DNA of 64,000 nucleotides. Origin: Narcine bancroftii. Lineage: Eukaryota. The translations under genes were made by a program, and so were the position numbers. Positions 28,220 through 39,770 of the stretch are shown one piece after another (position 1 is the first letter of the stretch; every line of letters starts with the position of its first letter). The stretch is from contig NC_091476.1 of NCBI RefSeq assembly GCF_036971445.1, positions 27,714,001 through 27,778,000 of the forward strand, written 5' to 3'. The notes beneath the pieces are model-generated. The model was not told the DNA's origin. It searched no databases and worked only from the letters and a program-made list of their open reading frames with translations.

Positions 28220-28410
28220 TTTTAATTGAGACATACAGCAAGGTGACATTGCGAGTCCATGCCGTCCAGTTTACAGCCCATTAACCGGAGTCCGTTTTGA
28301 ACGGAGATAGGAAACCGGAGCCCCGGGGGAAAACTCGCACAGAAAGGGGAGAACAGACCAACTCCTCACAGACAGCCCGGGATTCGAACCCGAGCCCGGT
28401 CCCGATCGCC
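28220..28410 (-). mobile_element. V-SINE fragment retaining CpGs
   Basis: GGAAACCGGAGCCCCGGGGGAAAACTC and B-box complement GGGATTCGAACCC. Confidence 0.7.
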
Positions 28411-29330
28411 TCTCTTTTTGTTCGGATTATGCGCATCTCAGATCGACGTGCAGCTTTTTTGGCCCGGAAAGGTGATCTTTCTGAAAGGTGACACTTTTTG
28501 TTCCTCCCCCTCCCCCCTGAAAAAAGTGATTCTCTGCTGATCTGTGCAGGGGGGGGGGGGGGAATCCAGAGACGGCGTTAACCTCTATAATACTTTCAGA
28601 GCGTTGCATTAATGGAATTGAGTTTTAAAAGGGTGACCTATCTGAGATGGACACGATCCGAACAGAAAATGATTGGGCATTTTTGACGGTCCCCTAATTA
28701 ACCTTTAATCCTCAGCAAAGGTCCAATTATTCCTACCAATTAAGTGTGATGTGTTTATTTTAACAGTGAATGGACGACTTTCGAGTCTAGGAAGGGCCCG
28801 TGTTCTGTGCATTTTGTTTCCATCCTAAATCTCCACCCAGTTGATTTGAAGAGAGGGTTTCGATCATTAGAAATAATCAGATTATATACATTTAGCGATC
28901 CGACATCCCCCTACCATTGTTCCTCCTCTCGTCGCCACCCGTTAAATAGGAAGGTTACAAACGTAAAGTGGTTACAAGCCACTTGTAAGTGGACGGAGCT
29001 TCGATCACACAAAGCGGCTTTAACGTGAATTTCGGATCGGGTTGCCCTTGCTCTTTAACCCGATTTTTACCTGCATTTCCTCAACATGACCCTTGTGTTG
29101 ACGTGGCCGACATTGCGTGCACCCATCCCCACGCGTCGCAACCAGCAAGATCCACCTCACCCCATACACTGCCACCTACTCCGGATGTCAAAGACGCGCA
29201 CGCTGCCCCTCAATGAATGCCATGGCTCCTTTCCGGAGAGGACATGATGCCCTTCTTCCAAGGGTTCGGGCTGGCTCACCAATAACGACACCATCTCAGC
29301 GTTTTCCTTTATAAGGGAAATCGGTCAAAT
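28250..29330 (-). promoter_or_regulatory. CpG-rich region, probable promoter / non-coding exon 1 of the PLA2G12A-like gene
   Basis: CpG enrichment 1-2 kb upstream of the ATG exon; several minus-strand donor candidates (CAG|GTAAAA at 29071/29070, GTGAGG ~29160, GTGAGC ~29279). Confidence 0.55.
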
Positions 29331-29564
29331 ATTTTAAACCAGTGATGAGGCAAGTTCACCTGTCCTGATGCCTAGGAGCAAGAGTGAGCCATCTTCAGTG
29401 CAAGAAAATAATATGATCTCCAAATCCCTGCATCATCCAGTGAATTCATGATTGAGCCACAAAGCTGAGTCCCAATCTCAGTCCCTTCAACCCTCCTTCA
29501 AGGTTCCTTAGGCTGGGGAAAGATTATCTGTGTTTAATGAGTAGTTTTATGCAACTCTTCTAAA

Positions 29565-31330
29565 CATAGGAAGTAGGAACAGGAGTAGGCCAAAAATGGC
29601 CCATCGCGCCTGCTCCGCCATTCAATAAGATCATGGCTGATCTAATTTATGACCTAACTCCACCTACCTGCCTTCTCCCCATATCCCCTAATCACAATCA
29701 AGTTATTTTTTAAACCTTTAAAAAGTGCATAGGGTCTCCCTTGTTTGCAAAATCCCCCTGTTGCTGAATCAGAAAACAGCGGAGAAAAAATTTTAAAGTA
29801 CTTTTTGTTCCACTGCCATCCCTGGACTTCATGGAGTGAACCATCACTTTATTATGTAAGGAGACCAAAACATTGCGCAGTATTCAATAGGTTCTGTACA
29901 ATTCCTTACCTCTACATTCAAATCTTATTGTAATAAATTAATATACCAATTACATCCCCTCAAATGTCTCAGGTTGCCAATCACTAGCATTAAAAAAAAG
30001 AACACTTTCCTGATTTGTGCAGCATACTGGATCACCTTACATTTTTCCAGTATATTTTACCTGCCAAGTTACTGACCACTTACTGTTATGACCCCGCCCC
30101 CCCCCCCCCCGAGGAGTAACAATCCAGCTTGATTAATAATATCAAACTTGGAAACATGACATTCAGTCCTTTCAACTAAATTATTGATATAGATTGTGGG
30201 GCTCAAGAATCAATCCTCATGGCACCCCTCTAAACACAGTCTGCTGATCTGAAAAGGATCCATTTATTCCCACTATTTGCTTTTCGTCAAATAACCAATT
30301 CTCAATCCACATCGGTGTATTCAAACTTTGATGATGAATCGTTTGTATTAACCTTACCAAAAATGCCTCTGCACTATATCCACTGGTTCCTCTTTATTCT
30401 ACTAATCGTATCAAAAGAACTCCAGCAGATTAGATTTTAGTAATCCATGTAGACTCTCTCAACTCTATATTCTGTTCAAGTTAAATCAGAGACATACCAC
30501 ATGGACACAGGACCTTCAGATCATCAAGCCAATACAGATCACCAAGCACCTACCATACTGTATTACATACTTCATTGCAGATCCCAGCACTTTTCCTTCT
30601 GATATTAGGTTAACAGGTCAGTAGTTCCTTATTTTCTCTTTACTTCCTTTCTTAAAAAGTAGTTAGGCATTGCAACCCTCCAATCTAGAGGAGTAGTTCT
30701 AAAATCTATAAAAGTTTGGAAGATGACACCCTCCTTATAGCTATTCTTTCAAAACTCCTCTATGTCTTTGGAATTTCAAGCTCAACAACTTCACTAGTAC
30801 TATTTTTTGACTTGCACATTTCCTTCACTTCAACATTCTTGATAGAGCCTTCATTATCTAATACTGGTATTTGTGATCTCCATGATGAAGTCAGACACAA
30901 TGGACTGTATATTTTCAATTCCTCTCCCTTTCCTTTTTCCATGCCTACAGAAGTTCCTACTGTCAATTTTACATTTACCATTCTATTCTCCTACTCTATT
31001 TTCTTTTTTATATACATATCAACTTTTGGTCCTCCTTTGATGAGTTCTAAAATGTTCCCAGGCCTTAGCCCTAATGCTATTTTTATCAATATTATAATTT
31101 CCTCATTTACTTTAATTCTAACTTTAATTTCTCTTATTTTTATCTTTATGCATTAAAGAATTGTTTTAAAATTTATTACTTTAAATGCCATCCATCATCT
31201 GTCCACTCTCAAACCTTTCAATGTATTTTTTAAAAAATCAACCACAGTTACTCTCCCTTCGTACCTTGATCAATTTAAAACGATGATTTCAGTTTGAACT
31301 ACATCATTTTTATCACTGTAAAATATTACG
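29565..31330 (-). mobile_element. Cluster of degenerate CR1 fragments
   Basis: CR1 3' tail at ~29570-29690; reverse strand DWRVA..FKKGSKEK.RNY.PV.L at ~30600-30700. Confidence 0.6.
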
Positions 31331-33239
31331 TTAATAATGTCATTCTTTTCTAAAGCTCCATTTAGAACAAGATTATCAACTAACCCTGAGAAACACAAGA
31401 ACTGCAGATGCTTGCAGCATCAACATTTTCTCATTGCACAAAAGTGAAGGTTAAAATAACTTGCTACTAAGTTTGTACCTCAACACATTGGTCTAAAGAA
31501 CCAGGTTGTACACAGTTAATCTCTACATTTTTTCTGCTAATTTAACTTGACTAGCCTATATGTAAATAAAAGTCCTCCACATTTACTGTATATCAGTTTC
31601 AAACACATCTCATTTCCTGATTTATGCCATGCCCAATATGACAGTTACTGCTGTTAGGTGACCAATAAATAACTCCTACCAATGTTTTCTGCCTCTTGTT
31701 ATGTTTTAGCCAACCCAAACTGAATGTAGTTCTACATCAATTTGCCAAGCTAAGATTATTTCTGGCCAATGCACTCTTCCCTTATTTATAGCTTATACCA
31801 GCTAAATATCCTTTTTGCGTATTCTTCCCAAATGTCAAATATGTTTGAAAATTCAGCTTTCACCACCCAACCGCAATTAGCTCACACTGTTTATTTCCAT
31901 TTGTGCTATTATTTGTTTGTGAATGCTGCAAGCATTTACATGTAGCATCTCTTTTGACACAATTTGCCTTTCTTTTCTCATCTTTATTTTGTTTACTTTT
32001 TTAAAATTTCACTTCCCACTTTCTTTTTCTCCATCCTGAAAGGTTTTAAACCCTCTGTCAAACTAGTTAAAACTCTCCCGAGCACCAGTAACTTGCTCCT
32101 CATACCTGCCTTTCCCTGCAAGGATGTCAGTCCTGCTCCTGTTGAGGTGCAAGCCATCCAAATTGTATAGATCTCACCTTTCCCACGAATGGTTCAAAAA
32201 GCCTCAGATCTAAAGTACTCCACCTCATAATCTCTCCTCTTCATTTTTCTCTGTTGTTCTAGTTATCATGTGACACTACCTCTTTAACCTCTTTCCCAGC
32301 TCCCTGTTCTACCAATTGTTCATACTGCATGATGTCCGCATGAGGTCTGGTGGTTTATCCTCCTCTTTCATGATGAAGATTGAGTGTGGTCGGGTGGATG
32401 TGCAGCTGGAAGCTGAGAGGCAAAGAATGGCCAGGATCAGAAGTGCAAACCAAAATGTGGCTGGGAACATGAGCAGGAATGCCCAAAGAGTATAGGGTTA
32501 AAGGTTATTGGATGGTTGGAGGAGGTCTGGAAGAAACTATGAGAAAGGGATCAGGTACAGGGAGAACTTAGGCTGTGACAGGTCAAGGAAATTGTGCAAG
32601 GACAAAGTGGAGAAGAGCACCCATGCCTGAGGCCAAGCGTGCATATTTTAGTGGTGTTTGCATTACACTGCTCTTAAAATATTTACTTACAAAGTTGCCT
32701 TTTTAATTCCATACTTTTTCCTGTTTTCCTTAAATATAAAAGGGGAATCAATTCACTGTACAACTGTTTTAGCTACAGAAGTCACTCCATAAAACTAGAT
32801 AATCAGTAGCAAGTGACAGATTAATTTGGTATTTGTTGTAGCTTTTTTTAGGTCAATGACCTTGGCTTGTAAAAAATTTAGCACATCATGATGGACTGCA
32901 GGACAAGATTAAAAGCCCTATACAGAACATGTCTGTCACAAGGGGCATTAAATTTCAATCCCTCTGAGATATTTTTCATCACTCCCTCAGGATGACTGGT
33001 TTGCATCTGGTTTTTGTAGGTTCTGAAGTGACTAATGAGGCCAGTGTGGGAAATGCAAACACTTTCACAGATGGGGAAGTGGTGGTTGAAGGTGAACAGA
33101 CAGGTTGTTTATGAGACATGTTTATACCACTGCCTACACAAGACATCTATGTGCTCCCAATGCAAAGCGTCAAGATTCTCAAACTATCCCAAATCCTCTT
33201 TCCCCACATTGAATGAAGTTCACAAGAGTCAGTGGAGAT

Positions 33240-34340
33240 AAAGATTTGAATATATCCTTGAATCTTTTCCTCTGTCAGTTTGACAGAGTTCAGAATAGAG
33301 CATTTATTTTAGCCATCTAGTGTCAGGCATGAGAACAATGTGACCTCCCCAATTTTGTCAAAATGGGTGTAACAAGGACCTTAATATTAGGAATGCTGGT
33401 CTGGAACAAGATACTTACATTGGTTCACTTCTCCTCCTAATGGGCTTAGTAGATTTAGCAAAGACAGCATTGATTGTATTTTCCAGTGATTGTAAATTAC
33501 TTGATGTAGTTCAGGTCTCAGAAGCATACAAGGGCTGCCCACTAGAACTTTGTGGCAAATCAGAGGCCTTGATCTTCAAAACCTTCTTTCTGCAATCAAC
33601 CAGCTGAGCTGGCACATTGTAATTCACCATCACCTTCATCAATATCTGTCTCTGCTAAGAGGTAGCTCCCCATTAGAAGTTAGAGGATCCAACTTTCTAG
33701 GATCTGACTGTGAACCTTTAAAGTTGGGAGAATCCAACTTTCTAGGATGTTGCTGTGAACCTTTAATGTTGGGTGAATCCAACTTTCTAGGATCTGGCTG
33801 TGAACCTTTAATGTTGGGAGAATCCAACTTTCTAGGATCTGGCTGTGAACCTTTAATGTTGGGAGAATCCAACTTTCTAGGCTCTTGCTGTGAACCTTTA
33901 ATGTTGGGAGAATCCAACTTTCTAGGCTCTTGCTGTGAACCTTTAATGTTGGGTGAATCCAACTTTCTAGGCTCTTGCTGTGAACCTTTAATGTTGGGTG
34001 AATCCAACTTTCTAGGATCTGGCTGTGAACCTTTAATGTTGGGAGAATCCAACTTTCTAGGATCTTGCTGTGAACCTTTAATGTTGGGTGAATCCAACTT
34101 TCTAGGCTCTTGCTGTGAACCTTTAATGTTGGGAGAACAGTGTGGAATGCAGGGGCTGATTGGTAGAGAATCTACCTAAGCCCCATCCTCTCAATGGCTT
34201 CAATGAAAAGTGTTAACGATAGCTTGGAGCTCACTTTTTGACCAGTATTTTCTCCAGTTGGGTAAAGCAAAACCAAAATAAGATTGTTACCACACACACC
34301 AAACAGGGAATTCTAATTCCAGGTTACCCAGATTCTTCCT
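33240..34340 (-). mobile_element. Old RTE LINE fragment hosting a minisatellite
   Basis: Reverse strand residual GSYL..DIDE..QCASSA..RKKVLKIK-like RTE ORF motifs on both sides of the array. Confidence 0.55.
33680..34137. repeat. 45-bp minisatellite, ~10 copies
   Basis: Unit GGGAGAATCCAACTTTCTAGGATCTTGCTGTGAACCTTTAATGTT; gives 15-aa repeat ORFs on both strands. Confidence 0.97.
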
Positions 34341-34429
34341 TCAGGTATAGTATTCGAATCTCTTCACCAGGAAATAATGTAGGCAACACTCCTTCAGGTA
34401 AAGTCAAACATTATAAATCCAAGCCATCT

Positions 34430-35110
34430 CCCGTTAGCACGCACTTTCCTGTATGAACAGTTTCCTCACTGATCGAGCTCCCCTACTCCACTCGGGCTGC
34501 AATTCAGAGAAACGCATGTCGCAATGAACTGTCGCCTCCCATTGACCTTCCCCAACCTTTTCTTTGCAAATCAGTCCCCAAGTACTGTTGAGGCCAACGC
34601 TTTTGTGTCCCCTCTAACAACAATAACAACACAAATCCAACACATACACAACAAGCACAAGAAAAAAAAAAATCCCACACCCTCACCGCTGTAAAACTGC
34701 TCGTTGTTCTACTCCCGAAAACTACAGCCATGGCCGCGGGTCCTTCGTCCGTGGAGCGCGGCTTGATGATGACACCCACAGCCACCGTTGCGGTTGCACC
34801 GAGTGTTTTTGTAAAAAGTCACGCCGTAAATCAACCCTCACGCCTTGCGAATCTGACCTTTAAAATCTCGATTAGTGTAAATTAGTTACTGTCTTTCGTT
34901 ATTTCGCCGTTGATATTCAGCGGGCACTGAGCCGAACACTTGTTGGGGTCTTTCTCTGTTCTGGGCGAAAGACGACTCTGGATCATGCCTCCGAAAGGAA
35001 AATCGAAGGCAGCCAGTAAGGGAAGGAAAGGTGTGATATAATGATGCATCTTATATGGAGGGGGGATTTTTAAGATATGTAATGCGTAACGTTTCGATAA
35101 TATGCTGTGT
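34430..35110. promoter_or_regulatory. CpG-island promoter of PIN4, possibly bidirectional
   Basis: CpG-rich; PIN4 ATG at 34985; minus-strand GCGGCCATGG start and GCG|GTGAGG donor at 34731-34687. Confidence 0.75.
34985..35030 (+). CDS. PIN4: Peptidyl-prolyl isomerase NIMA-interacting 4 (parvulin 14), exon 1
   Basis: MPPKGKSKAASKGRK, phase-1 donor AAG|GTGTGA. Confidence 0.9.
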
Positions 35111-37114
35111 CGTAATCAAGTAATAGGAAAGTTTTCAAAATCATTATTAAACTGTGCAATAAATGCCAGGGAGGAACCGGGCAATATATTTATTTATTGT
35201 CACTATAAACTGCACACGTGGCTATTGTGTGACAACATTTGCTTTCGGTTTAAACCACAACGCTACCTCACTTACAGTCACTTCTGTAAGTGAATCTCAC
35301 GTTGCCATGAGCGGAAATTCAATCACCAGGGTCTTTTTTTTGCCAAGGTCTGCATGGACTGGCCTAATCCTTTGAAGAAAAATATTGGGAAATAACCTGC
35401 AGAAAGTCCTAATCTGTTTTAATTTCCATCAAAAACTATACAGAACAGTTATAATTGAAATCAGTTAATTCAGTATTACTTTGCATATAATTAACACAGC
35501 TGCCTTACACATATAGGATTTCTAAAGTCACAAAAATTGTTGTGTAGTTGATTTTTTAAAACTTTCAGAATGGTTTATAATCTTTAGGAGACATTAATAC
35601 CTAACTTGCTTGTTTCACAGTCACCACTGCTTTGTTAGACTCACATAAGCAATGCATTTGTGTACTAACAACTGGGAAATGAAAGGGTTCTCTCCAATGT
35701 CACCCAAGGATTGTGGGGTAAGGGTTTTAATGGTGCATAATTCCTTTTGAGCTATGAAGCAGCATATTTACAGAAGTAAAATCGAACATGCTGGATTCAG
35801 AGGGTCAGGCAGAATCTGTAAAAAGAAAGTTAATGTTTTGCAGAACTGGGAAAAGGGAGCATTTGTTTTAAGATTCAGCAGAAGCAACCAATTTTGCAAT
35901 AGAAAAGTGTTGAATTGAGTTTTGAAGGTTGCAACAAGCCTAATTATGAGTTATTATTTGTCAGATTTATGTTAGGCCTTGTTTAATCAGTGCAGGAGGC
36001 TTCAGACAGATGGGTCATAGTCTGATGGAGAATTAAGGTGTAGGTGAATTCCTGTGGACTAAACAGAGGTGTTGGGTTCCTCCAACATAGGCTCCTCATT
36101 GAGGGTTTGGAATGCTGTATACTGGATTGCAAAATATGTAAGTGAATTTTTGTTTTGCTTAATTTGTCATGTACCTGGGTGATGGGGAGAGATTAAGAGG
36201 ACAGGTAGTATGTCTCTTGGTTGCATGGAAAAGTGCCATAATGAGAAGAGTGGTTGTTGGAGATAGAACAAATCATACAGTCCAGAAGGGAATGAGCCCT
36301 TGAGATTACTGAAAGACAATGGGAAATCAGTCTAGTAATTAAATATTGTGATTAGGCAGAAAATAGTCCAGCTGTAACAGGTTAGGGTTAATCCAGGGCT
36401 CTGGTCACACCCTATATATTGTGTGTCAGATATTTTAATGCAATAATATTCACTGAGGAAACAATGAGTAAATAATAATATATCTGCAATGTTTCATTAA
36501 AACAGACAAATTGACAACTTTCAAAATTAGTATATTCCTCCTTTTATTGTGATTAAATTATGAAAGTGGTAGGTTGTTTGATTCAATTCCTGTAATTTAA
36601 ACAAATGCACATTGACCTCATCACATGCATACCAATGACCAAATGAAACCAGTGTCAAGGGAAATCATGATAGGAAATCCCTGGCCCAATTTTGTTTAAA
36701 TGGGTGGATGTTCTGCAAGCACTTTCAAGAAGGTGAATTTTGCTTTTTATGAATGATTTTAAACAGCAGTGATCCAATTAAACTTCTAACTGTCCTGCAT
36801 TTTATTTTTTCTTTTGAAGTTTTGTATAGAAATTTTGTCCTTGGAACTTTTTAAATCAAGTTTCCCTTTTTTATTTGCCAGCTCAATGCAAAAGCACAGA
36901 GATTCAATGGTATAAGGTGTTTATTAAATATTGAGACTGCTAACCATTTTATTATTATTTGCTTTTAGAGGGACTAAAACTGGTTTATTAATAGTCACAA
37001 ATGAGATGGCTGTATTACTCAATTATGCTGCTGTTCAATGATTGCCTGTAAATTGTGAGTTACTAATGCATTTATTTTAAAGACAAAGAAACCTATTTCA
37101 TTTTGTGTCTTAAG

Positions 37115-37179
37115 GTGCAGCTGGAGGTGATAATGGTGATAAGAAAGATAAAGTATCCAAAGGAGGTAATGCAGTTAAG
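37115..37179 (+). CDS. PIN4: PIN4 exon 2
   Basis: TTAAG|..GAAGGDNGDKKDKVSKGGNAVK..|GTAAGA; phases fit. Confidence 0.92.
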
Positions 37180-37903
37180 GTAAGATCCTGGTGTGTGTCA
37201 TTGTTTGCCACCTTGGTCTTATCCTATTCCCCTTTTCCCCCCACCCCCACTTTGATGAGGGTCTTTAACAAAACACCTCCTGAGTTTTTCCAACAGGTTA
37301 TGCTTTTATTTTGAATTTCTATCAAGTATGTTTATTTTATTTTCACATTCTGCTACTGAAATGTATAATGCTAAGCAAGTCCTGTGCTTATCTGACCGGT
37401 TCATCATAGAAATTGCATAGCCTAAGACGATCAATAGAGGTGTAATGTAATTTATCCAAAATATTTTCCAATATAAACCTTATGAAATCTACTGAGATTC
37501 TCTAATTTTTTTAATCTATGTTGCTCTGTTTCATATTTTGAAAGAAAATTATATGTTTCAGCTATCTAGTTCGGTTTTTCAAATGTTTCTATTTTCACTG
37601 CTAAATTCATGAACATATTGAGAATTGCAGAGGTAAGTGTCAGGACATCCTCATGACTTGTCTAAATGTCTGTCTGAATGTGTACACTTAATGTAGAATG
37701 TTAACTATTCAGTGATGGAACTATTGAGGACCAGGCAATCCTGTTCTCATTAAAAATACTCACGCGTGCACTTTCTGGTGCATTTACTCTGAATTCCATC
37801 AGCAATATTTGGGGTTTTTCTTTTGTTTATTATTTCATTTCATATTTCAAGAATGCAGCTGTTAAATATTGTTAAAAGCATTACAATCCTTGCATTGTTG
37901 TAG

Positions 37904-38023
37904 GTGAGACACATTCTCTGTGAAAAACATAGTAAAATCATGGAAGCCATGGAGAAGTTGAAATCGGGCTTGAAATTTAATGAAGTAGCGAGCCAATACA
38001 GTGAAGACAAAGCCAGACAAGGA
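37904..38023 (+). CDS. PIN4: PIN4 exon 3
   Basis: 120 nt [40 protein letters not shown], |GTAAGT. Confidence 0.97.
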
Positions 38024-38339
38024 GTAAGTACCAAATGAAAAATATGTTAACATTTGATTCAATACACAGATGGTTTAAATTTTGTAAAGATTTCTGTTAC
38101 TAAATGTATGTGACTACAAGCTTAGTCAAGACACTAGTTTGAATGTTGAACTGACATTTCAGCCAATGTATATAAACTTATTATACTATTGCTTTGTGCC
38201 AATTAAGTTCACAATTAAAGGGTACAGCCTGGTTATTTGGGCAACTTTACCACATCAAGACTTGAACATGATTATTAAATGTTTCTCCTATGTTTTTCAA
38301 AGAAATTGCAGATGTGAAAATGACTGTCTTTATTTTTAG

Positions 38340-38498
38340 GGTGATCTGGGCTGGATGACCAGAGGTTCAATGGTGGGACCCTTCCAGGAAGCTGCTTTTG
38401 CCCTTTCCAACAGCACAATAGATAAGCCTATATACACAGACCCACCTGTAAAAACTAAATTTGGTTATCACATTATTATGGTTGAAGGGAAAAAGTAA
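38340..38498 (+). CDS. PIN4: PIN4 exon 4 (last)
   Basis: [41 protein letters not shown]. Confidence 0.97.
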   Translation, partial: GDLGWMTRGSMVGPFQEAAFALSNSTIDKPIYTDPPVKTKFGYHIIMVEGKK

Positions 38499-38697
38499 AA
38501 TCAATTTATTTTCGGTTCTCAGTAAAACCTTGCAAACTAAATTTGGTTATCACATTATTATGGTTGAAGGGAAAAAGTAAAATCAATTTATTTTCGGTTC
38601 TCAGTAAAACCTTGCAAACTAAATTTGGTTATCACATTATTATGGTTGAAGGGAAAAAGTAAAATCAATTTATTTTCGGTTCTCAGTAAAACCTTGC
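38452..38697 (+). repeat. Perfect 82-bp tandem triplication spanning the PIN4 stop codon
   Basis: Three identical copies starting at 38452, 38534 and 38616. Confidence 0.97.
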
Positions 38698-38885
38698 ATG
38701 GAGTAAGTAGGACACATAATAATTGCAAGAAATATATTCACTAGCTGTTTAAAAAAATTCAACAATAACTCCTTTGTATATCCTTTCCCCTCTATAATGA
38801 TTATGCTAGAGAACTATTTCTTTTCATCCAGAGAAAATTCAACAAGAGTTTATGTTTTTTAATTGTTTTTAATGTAATACATGTA

Positions 38886-38891
38886 AATAAA
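38886..38891 (+). other. Candidate PIN4 polyadenylation signal
   Basis: AATAAA ~390 nt after the stop, with T-rich sequence downstream. Confidence 0.55.
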
Positions 38892-38999
38892 CAGTTGAAC
38901 ATCATTCCTGCATTGTAGGTATTATTTAAAGTAAATTATTGTCACTTTTGGTTCTTGGAGAACTGCAACCTTTCCACTGCAGCTTAATTATTAAACTGA

Positions 39000-39770
39000 T
39001 CAACTACATCACTTAGATGAAGAACCAGACACTGAAGAATTTGCATTTAGCCTCGGAGTTCAGTTCCCATCTCCCTTAGGCAGTTTGATCACAGTCATCC
39101 TGGCGATATGGACACCAAAATATCTTAATTCATTTGAATCAAACCACTGAACTTGTCCTGCATCTCCAGAAAGGTCCACTTCTGGTTCATTTGTTTGGAT
39201 CCAGAATCAAGATGGATTCATCTTCATCTGCAGATGTTAGAAGTTAAGCCAGATCTCGTGATTATCTCTTTCATCGATCTAAAGGTCCACTTCATAAGTG
39301 GCATTGTTGAGTGCTTTAGAAAGGTCACCATATAGCTAAATGATAGCAGATGTTATTTATTGATTAGAAATACTGTTATTTTGTGGTCAGCAGTGAAATG
39401 CTGTGCTTATTTAAACAACATATCACAACTCCCTTTGAGAACCAAACTCTTCATAGTATTTCCCTCATCATTGTCAATCAACATTGCCTCCAAAACAGAG
39501 CCTCAACTGGTTGAACTTTTCCTTTCACTTGCTTTGCTTTAAGTTCAGCTACCAGTTCTGTATAAAGAGGTCAGGTATTCTCCAGTCCTTCTTTGTGACT
39601 GCTGATTGCTATATGCTTGATGTCGGGCTAACACAGAATAGCCTTTGATATTCTTAAGCCATTCTTGGTCATGCTTAAAGATGCCTTGGATAATACTGTA
39701 ACTAGTGAATGATGCAATGATTTCTTGTAAAAACTTAACCACTACAGCTACAGGGTCTTTCTAAATATAA
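39000..39770 (-). mobile_element. Possible Tigger/pogo transposase remnant
   Basis: Weak resemblance of the reverse-strand translation (EIIASFTSYSIIQGIFKHD) to the Tigger N-terminal HTH; heavily decayed. Confidence 0.35.

Noticed and set aside
30716-31156. 146-aa hydrophobic ORF resembling a membrane protein
   Set aside because: Antisense of A-rich decayed CR1 sequence
33550-34179. 209-aa Cys-rich repeat ORF, or a CRISPR-like array
   Set aside because: Head-to-tail 45-bp units with no unique spacers; the frame is open because the unit is a multiple of 3; embedded in an RTE remnant in eukaryotic DNA
34762-34775. TGATGA as a C/D snoRNA C box
   Set aside because: No suitably placed D box with terminal stem; lies in a promoter rather than an intron
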